Under the pieces are notes generated by a model. That model made no database searches. It had not been told where the DNA came from and saw nothing but the letters and a program-made list of their open reading frames with translations. Shown here one piece after another: positions 57,251-64,000 of a DNA stretch of 64,000 nucleotides (its first letter is position 1; each line of letters begins with the position of its first letter). Both the position numbers and the translations under genes were made by a program. Source of the stretch: Minutocellus sp. GHC0000111 (lineage: Eukaryota); NCBI GenBank assembly GCA_977018835.1, contig OZ361257.1:4712001-4776000 (forward strand), given 5' to 3'.

Positions 57251-58594
57251 ATGCATTTCTTGCGAGGAGCGCCCTGGCTTTCCTAACGCTGCTGGCGACC
57301 CCACACCACCCACAAAGATGCGTGCTTTGGCTGCAGTGCAATCACTGGACACTGCTCACCACATGCATTTCTTGCTGCTCTCACATTGTAATGAATGGAA
57401 CATAAGCTTTGGTAGAGATCAGGGTGCTCCTATGGTCAAATGTGAGTTGCTCCAGTTAGGAGCGCCCTAGCTTTCCCAACGCTGCTGGCGACGCCCACAC
57501 CACCCACAAAGATGAGTGCTTTGGCTGCAGTGCAATCACAGGACACTGCTCACCACATGCATTCCTTGCTGCTCTCACATGGCAATGAATGGAACATAAG
57601 CTTTGGTAGAGATCAGGGTGCTCCTATGGTCAAATGTGAGTTGCTCCAGTTAGGAGCGCCCCCTAGCTTTCCCAACGCTGCTGGCGACACCCACACCACC
57701 CACAAAGATGCGTGCTTTGGCTGCAGTGCAATCACAGGACACTGCTCACCACATGCATTCCTTGCTGCTCTCACATGGCAATGAATGGAACATAAGCTTT
57801 GGTAGAGATCAGGGTGCTCCTATGGTCAAATGTGAGTTGCTCCAGTTAGGAGCGCCCCCTAGCTTTCCCAACGCTGCTGGCGACACCCACACCACCCACA
57901 AAGATGCGTGCTTTGGCTGCAGTGCAATCACAGGACACTGCTCACCACATGCATTTCTTGCTGCTCTCACATGGCAATGAATGGAACATAAGCTTTGGTA
58001 GAGATCAGGTTGCTGCTATGGTCAAATGTGAGTTGCTCCAGTAAGGAGCGCCCTAGTTGTCCCAACGCTGCTGCTGGCGATGCCCACGCCACCCACATAG
58101 ATGAGTGCTTTGGCTGCAGTGCAATCACAGGACACTGCTCACCACATGAATTTCTTGCTGCTCTCACATTGTAATGAATGGAGCATAAGCTTTGGTAGAG
58201 ATCAGGGTGCTCCTATGGCTAAACATGAGTTGCTCCAGTTAGGAGCGCCCTAGTTTTTCCAACGCTGCTGGCGACGCCCGCACCACCCACAAAGATGCGT
58301 GCTTTGGCTGCAGTGCAATCACAGGACACTGCTCACCACATGCATTTCTTGCTGCTCTCACATGGCAATGAATGGAACATAAGCTTTGGTAGAGATCAGG
58401 GTGCTCCTATTATTGATGTTAGTTGCTCCAGTTAGGAGCGCCCTGATTTTCCCAACGCTGCTGGCGACGCCCACACCACCCACAAAGATGCGTGCTTTGG
58501 CTGCAGTGCAATCACAGGACACTGCTCACCACATGCATTCCTTGCTGCTCTCACATGGCAATGAATGGAACATAAGCTTTGGTAGAGATCAGGG

Positions 58595-58790
58595 TGCTAA
58601 GAGGTCCTAAAGCTAAGCTAGATAGATATAGCTAGTAGAGGTTAGTAGGACCTACGTAGATGAAAAATGGGCCATCGGAGATGTCGTTGGCCCATGGATC
58701 AATTGTCAGGAGAGGGCACTGAGTCAGTGGTCTGATCACCGTAAGTACTGTACGAATATATACGTACGTACGTATCCCACGGTGTCAACA
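58595..58790 (-). repeat. 3' LTR, 196 bp (minus strand TGTTGACACC...CTCTTAGCA)
   Basis: Begins with canonical TGTTG directly after the purine tract and ends in CA at the satellite junction. Imperfect terminal inverted repeat TGTTGA/TTAGCA. The 5' LTR is outside the window, so the ends are not cross-checked. Confidence 0.8.
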
Positions 58791-58799
58791 CCCCCTCGC
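58791..58799 (-). promoter_or_regulatory. Polypurine tract (plus-strand primer) GCGAGGGGG
   Basis: Purine run immediately 5' of the TG of the 3' LTR on the element strand. Confidence 0.75.
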
Positions 58800-58838
58800 A
58801 GATCAATGACTAGTGCCATTGAATCTACATGTAGAGTC

Positions 58839-61800
58839 CTAATTGGAATCTACATGTAAGTAGACTGGTCGCATGTCGTCATGGTAGCGGGCGGGATTGT
58901 GCTTTTTAAAATAATTTGCGCTCCTTTCCGCCAGCACACCTGGAATTGTCGTTGCTCCATGCGATCTTGGACCCAGTAGAATCTCATGTCCATAGCCTTA
59001 GACCGTCTTTGCTTGACGGTTTTATTGGCGATTCCAGATGCTGTAGAGTTGTCAACGACGACAGCAGTAGGGGGTTGCGGGTGACCCATTTCTTCTAGTG
59101 CTGCCCGGATTGGTGCTGCATCTTTCATGTTGAAAAATAGTCCTCCCAATTCGGCTTCAGCGGCTGAGGACATTGCATGCTTGATGATGTTGGCATTGAC
59201 GAGGATGGCTCCATTCATTGGTGGCATGGGATCACTTGAGTCAGGCTGGCGGTGCGGGTCCTTAGGTCGGGAGCTTAGGTAGAAGTGCCCTCTGAGCTTG
59301 CTTCTTGATTTCGGGGCTGATAAGTGGGAGGCGTCGCTATGTACATGTGGGATCATGTCTGACTTGACGTGTCGAATGACTGCGTCGGGATGGGTTGCAA
59401 GGTAATCTAGAAGCTTCTTGGCATCTTGTCGAGTGCGCTCGGTAGCTTTGGATTGTTCCGCTGAGATGCTGTTGAGCGCCGGTAAAATTGTTGAATCAAT
59501 TGCTCGACCATAGCACAAGGAGCTGCCCACCACCTGTTGAATTTTGTTGATGCCTTTGGCGTCGAGTGGTGGTGAGTCGTCTTCCGGTTCTGGCAGCTGG
59601 GGTCCCGGGCCATACGTCGGATGATTCCATCGACATGGCGCATGCTCGGGCCGTGAGGGGCGGTCGTGTTGGAACTTGTGGCGCATCTCCTTGACGTAGT
59701 TAGGCATAGATAGATCCACCCATTTGGCCTCGTAGTTCCACTCGAGTTGAACACCACAATAAAGTCGGCCTTCCCAATCGGTAGTGATCTTATACTTGGA
59801 GTTGAGGGCCTGAATGAGATGGTCTGCATGCTCTTTCCCGACATGCTTTGCTCCAAAATCGTCAACGGTTAGGCAAAAGGTAATTGGGCGGGTTTTGTGC
59901 CTCCAAAGGCCGGCAGTTCGCTTGCATGGGAAATAGCCATGGGGTTTGAGATGCTTGACAAGTTGATCGTAGGCTAGGCGCCCTGCCTGGGGTAATCCAT
60001 GCATTCCGCCATCGATTCTGACCAATACTCGACCATTCTTTACTTTGTCGTGGAGGTCGTAGGCTTCCATGACTTTGTCGGGGATGAGAGCTACTGGCGC
60101 CCACATCCATTCTGGCTCTGGCATGGTGCTATTGAGATAGAAGTCACTGATATCAATTCCCATGAAACGAGCGTTGTCTGTAGAGATGACGCTGTTGAAA
60201 AGTAACTTTGCAGTCAACATTTCAGCGGTCGGGGTCGAGACTGTACCAGGGTAATGAATTTTGTCGCCTCCTGCAGTCCATCGAACTCGATTGGGATTTG
60301 GTTTATGGGAGCGATAGTCGGCGACAATGCGGAGGTATGTGGCTTTTTTCCCCCGAGGCAGTTCGGACCAGTGGACGAAAGCCATTGTATTGGAGGGAAT
60401 GCTAGCACTGTTTCCAACTCGGCCGTCCGTTAGCCGTCCAATTTCATCGATGTTTGCTTGAATGAATTGGTCCCTCATGTTCGTTTTGAGGAGGTCGCGG
60501 TATTCAAGCATTGCACCAGTGTCGGGATGGACGACGGCGTTAGCAAAGTGTTGGAGGTTTGGTAAAGGCGAGAAAGCTGCCATGTTGGCCACGTGGTGGG
60601 TGCTACGACGAGATGATGGCCGTGGGGGAGGGTTCCGATGTGGAATGTACCCTCGCTGACGGTATGATCGTCGTCGAGGTGGTTTGGCGGTCGATGGTTT
60701 GGACTTGCTTGTCGATTTTGCTGGAGCTGGTAATGTTGGAGTGGCATCGATCGTTGGAGACTTGCGTTTACGTTGCCGACGGGAGGTGGGGGCATTGGAA
60801 CTTTGATTGGATGTTACGACGGTTGCATCGTCGCCGTTGGGCTCGTCTACTGCAACCAAAGGATCGTAGCAGTTGGAAGAAACTGACGAGCGAGGTGGCG
60901 CGTTGGATCGACGTGATCGACGGCTTTTAGTGGTGGCTGCATCATATGTGGAGGATTTTGCCACCCTCGGAGGTTGCTGGGGCTGAGGTAACGGAGCGTT
61001 GGGGTTGGAGACAAGGTGACGGCCTGCTTCAGTCTCGTTCATCTCTTCTACGTCGTCGTCCTCGTATTTGATTTTGTAGTGCTTATACTTCTTGTCAAAT
61101 GCAACGACTCTACCCTTGTAATTGCGATCTCCAAACACTTTGGCGACGATGGTACCGTGGCCGAATCGTTGGGAGTCGTCATCGTTCTCCAGCACCCTCG
61201 GAGCTGCGGTTGTCTGCATCGTCTCATCAGAGGCGGAGGTGGCAGATTCTGCTGGGGTCACTCTGTTGAAAATCTCGGAGAGCTTTTCTAAAGCTTGACG
61301 ATGCTCGTCTCGAAGGGGAGCAAGGGGTGCCGCTGGATGTGGATTCTGTAGAGCGTGCAGGAGTTCATGAGCTGCGACTATTGCTGCATCGGCCGACGAC
61401 GTTTTGGGTACCGGAATCATTTTGGGGAGCCAGACGAGTGTGTTACCAGTGCGTTCCGCCCGAGTTTCCTCAATCCAAACCTTGTAACACCGGTAGTGTT
61501 CCATGGCTGGACCGACATAGTACCCATCAACGCCATGCGGGGACCAAGAGCCGCGTGCCGAGGGCATCTCGTGAAAGATGACCTTGCATCCGAGGGGGCC
61601 GAGAGGCGTGCGATTGAAATCAAAGCCGCCATTGAGTTGCTCGTACGCTGATAGTCGAGGGTTGACTCGGGATGCTCTCAGGAAATTGAGGGTCATTACC
61701 GCCTGCTCCAGCAATTTATCCCACAAGATGAGGGGAAAGTCGGGATCGGTACCACAGAGAATCGCAATGAAATGATTCTTAAAGGTTCGAATGGCTCGTT

Positions 61801-62989
61801 CGGCCGCATTTCGGCGGTGGGAGTGCGTTGGGGTCAATTGAAAATCTACATCCTTTTCTTCCATGAACTCCTTCAGCTCTCGACTCACTTCATTATCCAA
61901 TCGTTGCAATTTTGGGCGAAATCCTCGCTTGGAGAGGTATTCGAAAATAGTTTGGTACGCTCGGCGCATTTCCGTTCCCGATCGGCTTTTCATTGGTTCG
62001 GCCAAGATGCTGTTGGAGTCATAGTCATAGACGACCATTATGTGCTGGTGGCCAGAAATAGACGATACCAAGAAACGGCCGGGCTGATCTGAGAAGATCT
62101 GGCCCGTTATGTCATGACAATCAGCAAAGACATAGTTGGTGCGCTGTTGGTGTTGTGCCGGGTGGAGATCCTGCTCGGTTTCGTCCACCCCAGGGAGAGA
62201 TTTTGGCGTAGCCATCGACCGTTTGGGCTTGGTCGACCTGATGTTCTTGCGCTGCTGGTCTAAGTGACCTTTAATCATCGGCATCGACTGTGGCATGTGC
62301 TTACGTACAAGCTTTGATGTGAGGCCTGGCCAAGATCTATAAAATCCCGCATCGATTGCTTTGCACCAGGTAGATAGCTGAGGACTGCCAGCGCACCAAT
62401 GTAAAAAGGCTACACGTTCCGGAACCGTCTCCTGGGCAATTGCGGCGTTGGCAGCATGTTGGATGACGTTGGGGCCGGGGAGCGGCGACATGGTGGGCGA
62501 GCAATTAAGATCTACCATCCACAATTTCGTTGAGGGGTCTCGTTTACCTTGCAAAATGACGGTGTTGTCCTTGGCGATGACTACCGAATCCTTATCGAAA
62601 GTGGCAACACATCCATCGTCACACAGCTGCCCAATCGATAGGAGCGATGATGCCATATTGTTGAAAATATAGGCCTTGCTAGCCGATGGGGAAACCCCAG
62701 GGAGGCGAAGCGTGGCCTCGTGGGTGTTCGTCATTGTGCTGTTATCCGGAAGGGTGACGCTGATAGGAATTGCTGTCTGTTGGACGCTGAAAATAGGGCC
62801 ATCGTACGATAGGTATTGGGGCTTCTGGACAAAATGTCCCGTCGTTCCAGTATCTGCTGCGAGGACGATTGGCTCTTGAGTTGGAGGTTTGCTTTTTGAC
62901 GTAAGAAAAGCTAACGAAGGCGGGGAGGAGGTGGATTCAGATATGCTATCCTCTGTTTTATACTGATTAATATCCACCGTCCCTCCCGC
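58839..62989 (-). pseudogene. pol: pol polyprotein (aspartic protease, GAG-pre-integrase, rve integrase, Tudor-like domain, RT, RNase H); long ORF open but probably inactivated
   Basis: PR motif ADTGTTGHF (~62831-62860); IN D-D-E in FSDQPGRF / RLDNE / NAAERAIRTFKNHF; SH3-like GCKV...GYYVG...HYRCYKVW; RT motifs DISDFYL, GLPQAG, TVDDFG; RH motifs SDAS, SSAAEAE, DNSTA, SKAMDMRFYW. Frameshift at ~58920 and many substitutions at conserved residues. The ORF-track start (62977) is GTG, not ATG. Confidence 0.9.
61013..61165 (-). other. Tudor-like (royal family) domain within the integrase C-terminal extension
   Basis: FGHGTIVAKVFGDRNYKGRVVAFDKKYKHYKIKYEDDDVEEMNETEAGRHL fits the Tudor pattern G-x-x-V-x-K-x-F...Y-x-G-x-V...Y-x-I-x-Y-x-D-(G/D)-D-x-E. 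Recognised by eye; no HMM run. Confidence 0.7.
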
Positions 62990-64000
62990 TCAGTTACGAC
63001 GCGAGCTACCACCGCAAGGATTGTACTTGGTGGCGTTATCAACGTGGTTGGGCCCTTTGCAAGTGCATTCAAAGCTGGGGTGGTTGGACGAATAGCCGCA
63101 CGTGTGGCAATAATGGCCTCTGGGGAGGATCGACTGCAGTTCCCGCTTCTCCTGGTGGTTGAGGTTAGGACCTTGGCCTGGGAAGTGGCCGGCGCCGTTC
63201 TGCTGGCCACCGCCGCGGTAGCCTCCACTGCCACCAGTGTGGTTGCGTCCCTCACGCAGAACGCGGTTCTCGGCCTTGAGTGAAGCTATTTCTTGGCGAA
63301 GTTTGGCAATGGTGTCATCCTTCTCGTTGCTCTTTTTGGCGAGGTTCGCCATCATGGCTTGGTTGGTCTTGAGGGCTTCGGTGGTATCAGCCAAAAGGAG
63401 ATCGGCTCGAGAAAGAAATGGATCGTCCGAGGCCGATGAGGCCAAATTCGCGCCATGATATCCTGCCGCTTCGGTGGTGGTATTGGCCATCTTCTTATCA
63501 CACCAATCGCGGAAGTCCGACTGCATGTTGGCCCACGTGCGTTCGGCCTCCGGTCTGTCGTCCCAGTCCTCGCATGCCTTCTTTGCCAATGAGAACCTGC
63601 GCACGGAGCGGTAGAACTTGGAGACCTTTTGCTTGTTGGTGAAGGGTTCGCCGGCCGTTTCAAACGCCTTGAAGACTTTGTTGAATATGGCGATGTGGGT
63701 GTCGATGGGTCCCCCGTCGTGCTGCTTCTCGAGCTGCTTCTCTAATTCCTCCTTCTGAGTCTCGTTGAATTTCAAGTAGCGATCGGCAATGCTGTCGATG
63801 ATTTGGCGGATGGTGACTGGCTGGAAACCGAGCATGTCATCTTCGAGATGATTGATGTAGACGGCGTCGATCGAGTCGAGGAGGAGATTCTTGATCGCCG
63901 TGTTGACTTGCTCGTGCAAGTTGTAGTGGCCCTTTTCGATGTGATGTCCCCGGATTGCACGATCGCGTTGGTCTAGATTGGCCACGGCGGGAATGGTGGG
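62990..64000 (-). CDS. gag: gag (capsid/nucleocapsid), 5'-truncated by the window edge
   Basis: The frame stays open to 64000 (PTIPAVANL...). It has the motif W...P...RTW.N....F, a coiled-coil, a Gly-rich linker and a C-terminal Cys/His cluster YCHTCGYSSNHPSFEC...H...AT..N..GGS, and ends at TGA 62992-62990. Confidence 0.85.
   Translation of the reverse strand, partial: PTIPAVANLDQRDRAIRGHHIEKGHYNLHEQVNTAIKNLLLDSIDAVYINHLEDDMLGFQPVTIRQIIDSIADRYLKFNETQKEELEKQLEKQHDGGPIDTHIAIFNKVFKAFETAGEPFTNKQKVSKFYRSVRRFSLAKKACEDWDDRPEAERTWANMQSDFRDWCDKKMANTTTEAAGYHGANLASSASDDPFLSRADLLLADTTEALKTNQAMMANLAKKSNEKDDTIAKLRQEIASLKAENRVLREGRNHTGGSGGYRGGGQQNGAGHFPGQGPNLNHQEKRELQSILPRGHYCHTCGYSSNHPSFECTCKGPNHVDNATKYNPCGGSSRRN

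Larger units (their letters stand above)
1..58594. repeat. Satellite DNA array, ~194-198 bp monomer, ~300 copies, single orientation, open at the left window edge (candidate centromeric/pericentromeric satellite)
   Basis: The unit CCACAAAGATGCGTGCTTTGGCTGCAGTGCAATCACAGGACACTGCTCACCACATGCATTCCTTGCTGCTCTCACATGGCAATGAATGGAACATAAGCTTTGGTAGAGATCAGGGTGCT...GACGCCCACACCAC recurs continuously (e.g. starts at 17101 and 17295 = 194 bp). 198-bp variants carry TAGATAGTTTGTCC or GAGAGCACTGATTTT...GCTGGCTGG. Centromeric role is inference from monomer size and array length. Confidence 0.98.
58595..64000 (-). mobile_element. Ty1/copia LTR retrotransposon (CoDi-like), 3' portion; runs off the right edge
   Basis: Domain order gag-PR-IN-RT-RH (integrase before RT is diagnostic of copia), followed by a PPT and a TG...CA LTR that abuts the satellite. 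Confidence 0.95.

Noticed and set aside
1..58594. CRISPR-like pattern (conserved part alternating with variable part)
   Set aside because: The variable parts are homologous alleles, not unique spacers. The unit is ~195 bp, there are no cas genes, and the context is eukaryotic.
597..58610. About 150 short ORFs (60-116 aa) on both strands of the satellite
   Set aside because: They are repeated translations of the same monomer. A length of 194 is not a multiple of 3, frames break every 1-2 units, and TpA depletion lowers stop frequency.
59855..59875. RT active site TVDD instead of YVDD as evidence of damage
   Set aside because: The codon ACC is not one step from TAY, and to my recollection this copia lineage often has a non-Tyr residue here (xVDDFG). 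It is not counted as a mutation.
63690..63950. Possible further Y>H changes in gag (e.g. EKQHD, DTHIA)
   Set aside because: The codons (CAC) are compatible with TpA mutation, but gag is too variable for me to assert the ancestral residue.
58916..63960. Antisense and alternate-frame ORFs overlapping gag/pol (e.g. 59407-59865, 60559-60930, 62911-63255)
   Set aside because: They are shadows of a GC-rich coding region with no recognisable motifs. The ORF spanning the gag-pol junction is not in the pol frame.

Overview
Eukaryotic, non-genic window, probably centromeric or heterochromatic. Positions 1-58594 are one head-to-tail satellite array of about 300 monomers of 194-198 bp. It contains nested higher-order duplications (periods 896, 2145, 3824, 5261 and 14715 bp), recurrent deletion monomers (112, 120 and about 185 bp) and layered variant zones. 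From 58595 to the window end lies a minus-strand Ty1/copia LTR retrotransposon: 196-bp 3' LTR, PPT, pol (PR-IN-RT-RH) and a partial gag. Its motifs resemble diatom CoDi-type copia elements, so a diatom or stramenopile host is inferred, not shown. Three signals stand out. (1) Conserved pol residues are repeatedly damaged by TpA->CpA/TpG transitions on both strands, with no new stop codons, and the satellite shows TA/TG/CA tri-allelic sites. This suggests a repeat-directed A:T->G:C hypermutation process, the reverse of fungal RIP. (2) The integrase C-terminus carries a Tudor-like module, a candidate chromatin-targeting domain. (3) gag and pol are in frame and separated by a single TGA. All short ORFs in the satellite are artefacts of the repeat.
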